DNA of 64,000 nt from Phaeosaccion multiseriatum (lineage: Eukaryota; Protista; Ochrophyta, other classes), in NCBI GenBank assembly GCA_965112735.1, contig OZ218950.1, positions 5,146,001 through 5,210,000 of the forward strand, read 5' to 3'. This document shows positions 46,601-58,850 of this stretch, one piece after another. Below the pieces are notes generated by a model. It was not told the DNA's origin, ran no database searches, and was given only the letters and a program-made list of their open reading frames with translations. The position numbers and the translations under genes were made by a program. Each line of letters starts with the position of its first letter. Position 1 is the first letter of the stretch.

Positions 46601-49600
46601 GGGGGGTAGGGAGAGAGAGGTGTAGAGAAAGGTAGTGAGAGAAAGAGAGGGAGAGAGGAAGAGAAAGAGAGAGAGGGAGGGAGGGAGCGAGAGAGAAGAT
46701 GGAACCAGAGAAGAGGGAGAGTAGAGAGAAAGAGGGAGGGAGAAAGAGGTAGAGAAGCAGAGAGGGAGGGAGAGAGACGGAGGGAAAGAGGGAGAGGCGG
46801 GGGGGGGGAAGAGAGACAAGAGAGGGAGGGGGGCAGCGCTGTTGACGCATGGAGAGAAAGGGGGGAAGGGGGAGGACTGTATAATAAACAGGCTGGGACA
46901 CACTGGATAGAATGTGGACAACCAACATGAGCAGCTAAGCTCTAGCACCGGCCGGGCCCGGTACCTGAGGTTGGAGCCTCTCTCTCCGATGACTGTGAGG
47001 TCCCCATCCTCCAAGAGAGGCAAGTCGCGGATGAGTGAGCAGCACCGCAAGACATGCTTATACCACCCTTCGTCCCACTCCCCTCCCATCACGATGTTGT
47101 CCCTGACCGTGGCGTTTTGTATCCACGCGGTCTGCGGTGCGTAAGATATGCGCCCCCCGAGGCTAACCTCTCCCTCCGTCCTGCGCATCTCACCCAGCAT
47201 GCCTAGCAGGAGGGAGCTCTTGCCTGTAGGAGAGAGAGAGAGAGGAGGAGGAGGAGGAGGAGTAGGGGGAGGAGGAGGGAAAGGAGGAGGAGGGGGGGAG
47301 GAATTCGAGGAGGAGGAGGAGGAGGAGGTGGTGGTGGTGGATGGCAGTGGATTAACAAGACTATGGGATGGAAGCGGGCGGGTGCTTACAACATTACACG
47401 AGGCGGGATGGCAACACATGGCGACAACAGGTTCAAAAGCTCCACCACCACCACCACCACCAGCCCACCTCATCACACTCCCTCTACCTCGGCTCCTTCG
47501 ACTCGCCAACTCACTCACTCACTCACTCACTCACTCACTCACTCACTCACACACGCACTCATATTCACTCACTCACTCCTTCACTGACTACTCACTAACT
47601 CACTTACCACATCCAGTGGGGCCGCAGATACAGACGAGATGTCCATGGCCTGCCTTGTTTGCGTCGCCGTTCGAGTTAGTGGTAGGCTCTGTGCCCGCGT
47701 CGGCAGCGTCAGCGTCGTACGTAAGGTTAATGTGCGACACCTTGTCACCGCCTTCGTCGCTGCTCGGGGTGGGGGGAATGCCTTCAGCAGAGGCAGCAGC
47801 GGGGTCCTCGCCGAGCGCCTGCACAGCAGCATGCACAGACAGATAGAAGGACAGTCAATCAGCAACGCAAGAGAGCGAAGCAAAGAGAGCAAGCAAGGCA
47901 CCACAGAGTAAAACGGCGCCGGATGTATAGAGAAGAGAGATCGAGAGAGATAAAAGACAGAAAGAAAGCCCCAGAGAGAGGGGATGAAGCAAGGCAGCAC
48001 CACGCAAAACAAAGCAGCGAAGCGGGAGCTTTGCCGTCAGTCACCAAAAACAAGGGAGGGAGCAGCTGGCACGTTTTCCCTCCGTCCGGCTCGCCATTTC
48101 CACACGGTTTCAGTTCATTAGACCCCCCCACACACCTTCCTTGTCTCCAGCGGCACGATATGTAAGCAAGCAACACACATGGAATACACAAACTCAAAGT
48201 CATGCTCACCGACGGGCTACTGCGTCCCCAAGAAAAGCTGGCGTCGACGATTCGCACGCTGCCAGGAGACAGAGTCACAGGTGGCAGAGGAGACAGACCG
48301 TCTCCTCCCTCGCTGTGCTCCGTCGAAGTTGGTGATACAGCAGAGCCTACTACTTCCGCCAGGCGATCGGGCTGCTCCTCCTTCTGCTCTTGCTCCTGTT
48401 GTACCGCCTCCTGCTCCTCCTCCTCCTCCTGCTGCTGCTGCTGGTGGTGGTGCCCCCCCGCTCCGCCCGGCAGCGGAATCAGGACCTCCTCCAGGCGGGC
48501 AAGAGATGCGAGACCCTTTACGGTGATGAAAGGCGGGGGGGGCGAGACGGGGGGGGGGGCAGGAAAGGCAGCAGTCAGGCAGGACCAGAGGAAAGAAGGA
48601 AGGAAGGATGGAAGGAAAGTGCTTGTCTCAAGAGAGAGAGATAAGGAGCAACACTCAACACCTTGTAGAAGCCCCCGGTGTCTGTCCGCGTAATCGCCTC
48701 CCGCCCTCCTTGCACCCCCCCCCCTGACGTTGTCTCAGGAAGTAGAAGCAACAACGTCCAACTTCGTACTATATTAGCCCTCGGGGGTTTGTTCGCTTAA
48801 CCCACTCCCTTCCTCCTTTCAAATCCCCCCGGCTCTGACGCACACACCCACACACCCACACATACACCCCCCCCCCCCCAACACACGCACACGCACGCAC
48901 ACACACATTCATTGACATACATACACCCACCTTTGTGACCATGGCCGTCGATCTTGGCGTGAATCCCGCCATGACCACCAACACGCGCAGCAGACAGAGC
49001 ACGCTGAAGGTGTCGTAGAAGTTGAGCCGTCGATCCAAGCCTCTCGTGTACAGTATGAAGGAGGTCATGCCCATGACGGAGGCGATGGCGTTCACCATGG
49101 TGAAGATGGCAACTGACACGAGGTGATAGCGCATGAGAGGGGCCATCTCCTTCTCGCGCTCCCCCCTGAGAGACAAGCCCGAAGCCAAAGCGTGATACGA
49201 AAGTAGACAGGCGCGACACGACAAGGAGACAAGACGACAAGACGAAGAGAGACAAATTAAGGCAGGGTAAGCCAAGCCAAGCCAAGTCAGGCAGGGAAGG
49301 AGGCATTTATTCGCGTCGCGTCACTGGCTGTGCAGTCTCAGTCGCCATCTATGACCATCTTTATGGACTTCCAACACGGTGGGTGGGTATCATGATATCA
49401 TGATGCGCGCAAGTCTCCACATCGACAGGCAACAGGCAGCCAAAGGGAGAGCAGCAGCGCGGGGTCCTCGGCCGCTGCTGCTGTGTAGGGCAGGTACTAA
49501 ACAGATGTGATAAGGCCGGCAACAGCGGGACCCCCACTGAATCATAAAGCACGCAGAGCCCTCCTTGCTTTATTCCCTTAGGCACGCACACACGCACGTC

Positions 49601-52600
49601 CACACGCAAGCACGCACCCACGCAGACACGCACATACCCACGTACCTGATTCTCTTGACAAAGTACTGCTCCCAGGTGTAGAACTTGACAATGCGCATGT
49701 AGCGGACCAGCTCCGAGATGGTGGACACGAGGTGTGCTTTGACGCGTATCAGCACGTGCACACTATCGACCGTGACGCCTGTCAGCGCCGTGACTGCGCA
49801 CACCACCACCGCCAAACACAGCACGGCGGCAGAGGCGGCCACTCCGATGAGGTAGTACAGGAGACTCACGGTGCCAATCATCTGGATGGCAGCCAAAGGG
49901 TGGGGTGGGTTGGGTGTGAGGGAGGGGATGAAATAGGAGGCAACGAGGCAACAACATCAATGCATGGGGTGGGGTTAGGTAGTGCCAATCATCTGGATGG
50001 CAACCAATGGCGGGGTGGGGAGGAGGGGGTTCATTACATCGGATTACAAGGCAACGAGGTAAAAAGGGGGGAGGGGGTTAGGAAGATACCTAATGTATCG
50101 TACAACTCAGCGAACTGCCTGCCCCCCCCCCCCCCCCCTCTCCCCCCCCCTGCATACCCCCGCAGAACACGGAACACGGAACGTGCCTGCAAGATGAGGC
50201 CCGCTGATTCCACCATGTTGATGATGAGCTGTTCCACGTCAGCAATACCGGTGTTGAATACGCTCATAATGGCCCCGGGGGGCAGCGTCGCCTCGCTCAT
50301 CCTAGTGTTGAGGGTCTGATTGATACGATAGAGCATAGAGTAAGCAACAGAGAGGAGGGGTAGTTCTTGAGGAGGAGGGAACAGAGCGAGACAACAGAGC
50401 GAGGATGAAATGCATGAATTGAAGAGCTTCTAATCTTTTCCCGAGAAGACACACACTGCCACACTCTGCTTGATTGATTGATTGATTGATAGCCGATGAG
50501 GCAAGCCCATAAGCGACTGACAGCGGAGGCAGTAGTGAGCAGCTTTGTGAGGAGCGAGAGAGTCCCAAGCCAGAGCAATGGAAAGGCAGCAGAAGAAGGG
50601 AGGTCCCTCCTATCTCCTGGGCGTGAGTCGTATAGGAGTCGTCTTCGCACAGCCACGCACGCACCAACCCACCCAAACAGTAAGAGTCGTGACGCACACA
50701 CGCACACACACACGGGATGGAGTGACGCACACACAAGCACCTGGTCGAGCACTGCCAGCTGCAGCGCCGCTCTCGTGCGCATGGCCATTCGAGTGGCAGC
50801 GAGGAGGGCTCGGGAGTCCGAGACGGAGATTACCAGAGGGATGACACCCATCGCCGCCACCCAGCAGATATTGGTCCAGCTGCAACAAGCCAAGAAAGTC
50901 AAGGATGACAGTCGACGATGGCAGTGGACAGGGGGGGGGGAGGCGAAGATGGCAGTGGATTAGTGTTTGACTTGGGTGGGGCATCAGCTCCCTTCTATCT
51001 CCTCTCCTCTCTTGTTGCTGGTGATGAGGACCATGCACTACACGTAGGGAGGGAGCGAGGGAGGGAGGGAGGGAGAGAGAGGGAGGAGGGAGGCAGGAAG
51101 GGAGGGAGCGAGGAGGGAGGGAGGGAGAAGGAGGGAGCGAGGGAGGAAGGAAGGGAGGGAGCGAGGGAGGGAGAGAGAGGGAGGAGGGAGGGAGCGAGCG
51201 ACCCACGCAGCATCGCAGTCGTCCACTCAATCGCCGCCACACGGCTTGCCTTCCTTCCTGCCTCTCTTCTTGCCACACACGAACACGCACACGCACACAC
51301 ATCTCTTTCTTACGTAACTTAGGTTGACTCCTTTGAAGCCAATTTTTCTCTTCTTGTCAACTCACCTCCAGACTTGATAGTCCTCGTCCGCCCGAAGCTC
51401 CACCAGCGCCCTGAGAACAGCTCTCAAGGCGAGCGGCGACATGAGTTGCGCCACGACTTGGGATATACGAAACAAGACTTGCGTTAGGAAGAGCCCAGGA
51501 GACAAGGAGAGTACCAGCCGCCACAAGGGAACGATCCGACGGCCCGAGGAGGCCGCAAGCGCACGCGCCCTGCGAAGCTTGGGGGAGAAGTTCTGTCGGA
51601 GGTGGCGGGCAAAGTCTCCTTCGCGGACTGGCACCACATCCCGTTCAAACAGCATCTCATCCGAGGCCTCTTTAGCGCCAAATGACCTGAGTGGTGTGTA
51701 GTGAGTGAAAGAAGAGGAGTGGGAGAAGTGAAGGAGAGAGAGAGACACCACACGAGCGAATTGAGGCGCGTAGCGCGAGTCCTCCGGGCGAATGACAGAC
51801 ACAGACACAGACACAGAAACAGTCACTCTGTGCACTTGACAAGAGGGAGGGGAGCGAGAGGACGAGGTGTCCTATCCGCTGATATTACATCACTGGGGCA
51901 GGGCGTCTGTTTAACACGAGAACATCCGCACCCACACACACACACACTACGAACTCGACGGGAGAGAGAATTCTGCGGCCAGGGGTGAGTCCGTTCGCCG
52001 TCTAACAAGCGCAAATTTCAATTTTCCGCCCCACGCCTGCATGGCTCCTCTTCCTCGTCCTCATCCCCATCTACTGCCTTCCACCCTTCGCCTCCTCCTC
52101 CTCCTCCTCCTCCTCCACAGACCTGATGTAGGGTGTGAACCAACTGAGCAGAACCAGTGAGAAGAGCCCCGCCTGTGAATGACATGCATAGTGTGAGGAG
52201 GAGCGAAGAAAGGAGGGAAGATGAGAAGAGGCGAGGCGCGAAGTTTAGGGTGCAGGGGCGCATGAGTGGAAGGCAGGACCGCCCGCAGCTTACAGCTTAC
52301 ACGACAGCAATCACATCATGGACTAGAGACACAGCATGAAGCTCATCGGCAGCAGAACCCAATCGCTTCCCCGCCCCCCCTGCGTCTCTCTCTCTCTGTG
52401 TGTGTGTGTGTGTGTGCTCCTTGTGGCTGGTGGTGGGTTCGTTTGTAAGACCTGACCAGGTCCTGACCAGCAGCCAGGTGTAAAAGGAAGGGAAGGAAGT
52501 TGCTGCTTGCTGCTATGCTTCTCACCTTCTCTGCAGCAGACGGCCGATACTGGCCGAAGCGCACTCGCGATCCTTGACCGATGAACAGCACAGCAGCCGC

Positions 52601-53335
52601 TGCACAACCCACAGACAGCAGAGTGATCACGGCACATCCGATCCAAAGGGAACTTGTTCGTCTGTCATCTTCTTCCTGCCACTCCAAATAGGAGAGCCAC
52701 ATGGAGTTGGCGGCGCTCAGCAAGAAGATCCCAACCAAACGAAATAGCATGATGAGGCGGAGGGCCCCGCCTCGTCCGCTGGTGGCGCCGCGTTGCCTGT
52801 ACCCATAGTTTGTTGGCTGGCCCAGGAGGAGGAGGACCGTCCCGTACACGAGGGCGAGGCTCAGATGAGCCCACTTCCTCCTGGAGTCGTCCGAGGACAC
52901 AACTGAGGCGCCAAAGAGAGAGGCATGCGCCACCATGAGCAGAAAAGTCATGCCTTCCATGACGAAACGCAAGGACCTCGACGGAAGCAGGTACAGGTCC
53001 TGGTGCGCCTCTCCTCCTGGGAGTGTTCTCGGAGTCGGCACCCTGTCATCATCTTCTGGGGGGGGCACGCGCCCCTCGGCCTCGCCTCCTGCTCGTCCTG
53101 CTCCATTTTGCCCATCGGACAACTGGAGCCCGCCCAATAGCCGTTTGTCTCCTCCTCCTCCTCCTCCTCCTCCTCCTCCATCCCCAGCAGCATCACCGCC
53201 TTTCTCAGTGTCATCTCCAGGCTTTCTCCGCGAAGCCGAAAGACACTCACGCGCCGACGAGTACAGAAAGAGGGCAAGGGTGGAGCACAATATGGCCAGG
53301 GAGAGGATGAAGACATCAGGATGGGTGGACGGCAT
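40652..53335 (-). CDS. ABCC/MRP-type full ABC transporter, about 20 or more exons
   Basis: NBD1 ICGPTGCG|[30 protein letters not shown]|[27 protein letters not shown]2 [17 protein letters not shown]2 [62 protein letters not shown]. Confidence 0.93.
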
Positions 53336-53852
53336 CGTGCGTGCCTGTGAATGACAGAATTTACCACTAGCGGACGGGACGGGAAAATGAAAGAATCACT
53401 TTACGTTGTACTTTTTGCCGCGACGAGACTTAAGAATTTGATGAAGAGCGAAGATAAGGGGTAAAGGAAATTTGGTTTAATTCCACCTTAGAAAAGCGCG
53501 TCGGCGAGGACAAAAACACCGCACACCAAGAACAAGAAGTTAGACTTTGGATGGCCCCATTTCCCCCACCCTCCTGTGTGACGGCTCCCACATCTTCTAC
53601 TCTTCTCTCCTGTTTGACACCTCCATCTCTACGTGCTCCAATAAGTTTGCGCAACAGAGTAGAGGCAAACCTTCCCCTCTCTGCTGGTGTGTTGATATCT
53701 ATTTCAGTCGGCGACAAGATCTATTGATATCAAGAAGAGGGGGCAGTAGTTCTGTACTAAGTGGTACACCTGGTACATTGAACAAAAAAAAGAACACGAA
53801 CTGCCGGCGTGCGAGCATTTAAGATACGACAGCAGCGCGCTCCAAGTAAGGC

Positions 53853-56800
53853 ATGATGAAGAAAGCTAACCAGCTTGCGTTCTGTTTAGCCACCTTCGTC
53901 GCCGCCCTGCACCAGAAGCAGCACATGGCCGCAGCATTTGCCACCGGCAAACTGGGGGTCTACATGAGTGAGTAAGGGAGGGAGGGAGAGAGGAAGGGAG
54001 GGAGAGAGGGTGGTTGGAGGGAGGGAGGAAGGAAGGGAGGGGCCGGGGGCAGTGGAACAAAACTTGCTTGGCTGACCCCTCCTCTCTCGACCGCATCCTC
54101 ACCAACCACCTCCTATATGGACCCACTAGGCACGTCAGCAGCACCCACAACTAAAGTGAAGACCATCTTGGGTACGGGGGGCGTACCAACCCAAAAGCCC
54201 CTTGACATACCGTCTACAGCAGAGGTCCTTAATTACTTCAAAGAGGCGGGGCTTGAGGACATCGACTCCGCAATCATGTATCACGGAGGGAGCACTGAGG
54301 AGGGGCTCGGTAGGTACAATGATTCCATGACTGTATACAAGGTACATACACACTTCTCATTTGGTCCCTTCTCCGGCGGGGCGGTATGAACTCCTCGTGT
54401 GTCTCCAGGTCAAGTCGGGATGGGAGGCTTTAAAGTGGCGAGTAAAGCCAACCCCTGGTAAGCCAAGTACACCAATCTATCTCACCTCGTCCGCTCTAGT
54501 CTCTCTCTTAGCTACTGCGCACTTCCCCACCACTCCCCGCGTCCATATCCGCCATCCACTGTCTCCCACCGCCCTCCTCTCGTGCCCTCGCCACAGGTAC
54601 CCGACGACCACAACCCTCAGTGGCGGCCTCAAGGTGCGTATGTTGTGCTGTGTCCTCATGTCGCGTTCCTTCCACATCCATGGTCGCTGCACACTCACCG
54701 CAGCACGAGCCGAGCCATGATCATTTTATCCCCACCACCACTGGCGGGCTGGGATTGCCCCTCTCTCACCACGCACCCTCGCCCACCCACTAGCACTAAC
54801 CCCCCTCCCTCCTCTTCCCAAAGTGACCGTCTACTCTTGCTTGAGACTGGCAGAGCCACTCACTCTCCAAAGGGTGGACGCCCCTACCCTTGCTCCCCCC
54901 CCCCACCTCCCTCCATCTCTGTCTTCAATCTCCCATTTCGTCCGTCGCCCGCACCGCTGCTCCTTTCAGCCGTCCCTCTTGAAGGAGCAGATTGGCAAAT
55001 CGCTGGCCAGTCTCAAGCTCAACAGCTGCCAGCTGTACTACTTACACGCGCCCGACCGTGACACGCCCATCGACGACACCCTGACGGCCCTCCTGGAGCT
55101 CAAGCAGGTGTGTGCGTCTTGCTTTGTGTGGGACGCATTGGTTTCTGAGTTGCGTTGACCCCGCAGTAGCAGATCGGGGGGCAATCAATGGCTGAGAAGC
55201 AAACTTTTATTTGTCAACCTCAGCTTGTTCTTTCCCCGGGTGTCTTTACCGGAAGTTGCTTCCACTGGCTGACCCCCTCTCTGTGTCATTGTATCCCTGG
55301 GCAGGAGGGAAAATTCGAGGACTGGGGCCTCTCCAACTTTGCGTCTTGGGAGGTGAGTGGGGGGGGGGGGGGGCTCTGCTTGGACCCGGGGGGGCTTTCA
55401 AGAGAGTCCCAATTGGTAGCGGACTATTGTATCGATCTATGACTCTACATGGAGGCCGGTGTGAGACCACCGTTGGGCATCCCCCAAACCCCTTCGCCCA
55501 CCCACCCACCTCACTCTCCCTTTCCTTCCCTCCTCTCTCCCCTCCCTTTCTGCCTCTCCCCTCCAACCCCTGCCTGTTCGATCGCTCTACCCCTCTCTCT
55601 CTCCCCCCCTCTCTCCCTCTCTCTCTTCTGTCTTTTTCTTTTTCTCTCTCTCCCTCCCTGCCTCCCTCTCTCTCTCTTTCTCCATCTCTATCTCTCTTGT
55701 GTGTGTGTTGCTGGCTTGGTTGCCTACATCATACCACTTCACTAATTAAGGTGGTGGACATTTACCACCGCTGCAAGGCCATTGGCCTCGCCCCACCCAG
55801 CGTGTACCAGGGCATGTACAACGCCGTGACGCGTGAGGTGGAAGCGGAGCTGCTGCCGGCCCTGAGGGCCACTGGCATGAGCTTCTACGCCTACAACCCC
55901 CTCGCAGGTGACGTTGTGGACTGTTGCTATCATCAACTGGTGCAGCACCGTGTGGGTGGGGGGTTTGGTTTGCTTTTGCTTTGCTTTGCTCCACTTCAGG
56001 TTTTGTATCAGGGGGCAAGGGGCGGGCGGATGGACAGTTGGGACTCACAAAGAGAGAGAGAGAGAGGGGGGGGGGGGGGGCGATTCTTGACTTGCATGGA
56101 TGGGGAGGACGGAGATAGAAGGGAGACATGGGGAACGGAGAGGCATGGAGAGAGGTATGAGGATAAGGAGCGGGTTTTTGCTAACACACGGCCATCCAAT
56201 CGATCACTTAATTGGCTTACTATCGCAGGGGGCGTGCTAAGTGGAGCCCACAGCTTCGACGATGATCCAAAGTCGGGAAGGTTCAACACCGAGTCGTTTT
56301 GGGGGCAAACGTAAGCAAGCAAAGGCACCACAGAGGCGTTGTCGGTCCTTCCTCTCTGCTGGATGTTGCACCCCCCTTCGTCCCCTCCCTCTCTCGGCAG
56401 AGCTTTTGCTGCATGCCTCTCTCTCCTATGTATGCCCCTTCCTTCCCTCCCGCTCAGTGTTCCTGGAAGTCGTTCGGATTTGTTACTGTACAGCTTGGGG
56501 AGTGAGTGAGTGAGTGAGTGTGTGTGAGTGAGTGAGTGAGTGAGTGGGTGGGTGAGTGAGTCAGTGAGTGAGTGAGTGAGTGAGTGAGTGAGTGAGTGAG
56601 TGAGTTAGTGAGGGAGTGAGTGAGTGACCGAGTAAGTGAGTGAGTGAGTGTATGATTGCGTGAGTGAGGCAGTGAGTGAGTGAGTAGTGAGTGAGTCAGA
56701 GTGGTAGTGAGAGAGGGAGTGAGTGAGCGAGGGGGCGAGCGAGTGAGTCAGTGAGTTGAGTGAGTGAGTGAGTGAGTGCGTGAGTGAGTGTTCGTGAGGG

Positions 56801-57574
56801 AGGGAGTGATTTAAGTGAGTGAGTGAGTGAGTGAGTGAGCGAGTGACATTCCCCCTTCACTACTTACCGCGTGCTGCGGTGGCGCCTCGCGTTTGCTCCC
56901 CTGCCCCCACGCCCTCATCTGCCCTCCTTCCTGCGCTCTCGTCCACTGCCTTCTCTCCCCACAAGGTATCGCGAGCGGTTCTGGCACCGCCCTGTCTTCG
57001 ACGCAGTGGAGAAGCTCAAGGCGTTGTGCGAGGTAAGGGCGAGAGATGGGTGTCAGGACAAAGACGTCAGACGCAGAGGTCAGGCGACGGAGGGTGGTCC
57101 CTCCGCTCACTGGCCCCGGAGAGTGGGGGGCAGCCAGCGCCAAATGGTGGAAGGCAGTGAAAGGGCCATGCACCGCCACAGTGCTCAACCGCCCTCATGT
57201 CACGCATCCAACGAGTTCAGTCCTCCTACAGTACAAATGCCGCCACCACGTGCATGACATTGCACTCTCAGCCGGGCCGCTGCGCCTCCGTCCGTCCGTC
57301 CCTCCCTCCCCTCGCTCTCTCCCTCCCGTTTTTTCCCTCTGCACAGAAGCACAACACCACTCTCGTATCGGCGTCTCTGCGATGGCTGCACCTGCACTCT
57401 GCCCTCAAGGGCGAAGAGGGAGATGGGGTCGTCATCGGGAGCTCCAGCGTTGCCCACTGCAAGGCGAATATTGATGCCAGCGTGGACAGAGAGCCTCTGC
57501 CAGACGACATCCTTCAGGCCTTCGATGAGGCCTCGGCTGCCTTCAAGCCCCTGGCGCCCACGTACTTTCGGTAG
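53853..57574 (+). CDS. Aldo-keto reductase, AKR7A (aflatoxin aldehyde reductase)-like, predicted plastid-targeted
   Basis: Presequence ...HMAAA-FATG. IDSAIMYHGGSTEEGLG, LYYLHAPDRDTPIDDTL, WGLSNFASWE, PSVYQGMYNAVTREVEAELLP, FYAYNPLAG, YRERFW, SLRWLHLHSAL, VVIGSSS. Confidence 0.9.
56500..56845. repeat. (GAGT)n tetranucleotide microsatellite in intron
   Basis: About 340 bp of imperfect GAGT array. Related (ACTC)n at 47508-47605. Confidence 0.95.
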
Positions 57575-57763
57575 TCCATAGTACTACGACCATAGAAGGG
57601 TTCCAGTCCTCCTCGGAGGACGACTTGGATTTCTTACGTCGTGCGACGCTGCAGTCCCTCGTGCACGTACCAGCTGCTCCTTGGGAGCATCGGAAACGCG
57701 GCCTCGTTCCAACTGACGCTCATATAGTCCCCGTAGACCTTGCCCGTCCTTGCGTCGACTCTA

Positions 57764-57895
57764 TCGACCCCTGACATGCTATTTGACATTCGCGATAGCA
57801 GATGGCACGCGCTCCGGCTGGCGCCGGCAAATAGCAGATACTGGCACGCCCGTCGCGCGCGCCAGCGATAGCAGACACCCTGCGACGGCCTGGCT
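57764..57895. mobile_element. Partial degenerate copy of the TIR element
   Basis: TCGACCCCTGACATGCTAT..CATTCGCGATAGC..CCGGCTGGCGCCGGC. Confidence 0.7.
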
Positions 57896-58385
57896 GCCTA
57901 CCCACTCTAACTCTTGTTGGATGTTCTCATTCTCTCTTCGCTTGCATACTATCATATAGACTAGCGATCGCTTCCTCGTCCCTTCTCTCCCCCTCTCGCG
58001 CCTGACGCCGCACCTTGCTTCCCCCCGACCCCGGAACCCCGGGGGTGCAGCAGTATATATATATATATATATAGCACTTTCCTTTTCCTAGATCTTGCTT
58101 TTGTCTTCTTGTTGTGCTCGGAACAGGCAGGGCCAAGACAGGGAGGCAAGAGCGGCACCAGAAGTGAAATCCAGGGCAAGGGGAAAGAAAGGAGGACTCC
58201 CCCCTCCCCGCCCCCCCCCCAAAAAAAGAAGGAAAATCATCTCGTCCCCCCTGGCCCAGACCTAGCACGAGCGCGCCTTCCTGGGACAGCTCAACCGCGG
58301 CGCCAGACCAGGGCTGCCCCCCCCCCGGCCAGGCGGAGAGGTACCTAGCGAACGCGCTCACACACACTCACACACATACACACAC

Positions 58386-58755
58386 TCGACCCCTGACACG
58401 CTATCGCTCACATTCTCGATAGCGCGCTATCGCGCCCCGGCAGGCCCGATAGCGCGCTATCGGCCGCCGGCCAATAGCGGATAGCGTGCCGGCTGGCGCC
58501 GGCCGATAGCGGATAGCGCGCCGGCTGGCGTCAGCTCTCCCCCCCCCCCCCCCCCGGTGCGGTAGCAGCTGACGCTGGCGATAGCGGATAGCGCGCCGGC
58601 TGGCGCCGGCGATAGCGGATAGCGAGCCGGCTGCGCCGGCGATAGCGGATAGCGAGCCGGCTGCGCCGGCGATAGCGGATAGCGCGCCGGAGATAGCGGA
58701 TAGCGTGCCGGCTGGCGCCGGCGATAGCGTTAGCGGATAGCGTGTCAGGGGTCGA
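58386..58755. mobile_element. Intact 370-bp MITE-like element with perfect 20-bp TIRs and internal ~30-bp repeats
   Basis: TCGACCCCTGACACGCTATC ... GATAGCGTGTCAGGGGTCGA, flanked by CACACAC on both sides. Internal unit GATAGCGGATAGCGNGCCGGCTGGCGCCGGC occurs about 7 times. No coding capacity. Confidence 0.85.
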
Positions 58756-58850
58756 CACACACGCACACAATTTCAGTTTGCTGCAGGTGATTCCTGTTGT
58801 TCCCCCCTCACAATAGACAAGTTATTCTCCTTCTCCTGAAGGTGGGGGAC

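Noticed and set aside
42427-48341. Shared 13-mer AGTTGGTGATACA at 42427, 43491 and 48327 as an introner or branch-point signature
   Set aside because: The third copy lies in an open coding exon (SAVSPT). Two intronic copies are too little evidence.
58470-58745. CRISPR-like array of ~30-bp repeats
   Set aside because: Units are contiguous with no unique spacers, there are no cas genes, and the array is enclosed by TIRs.
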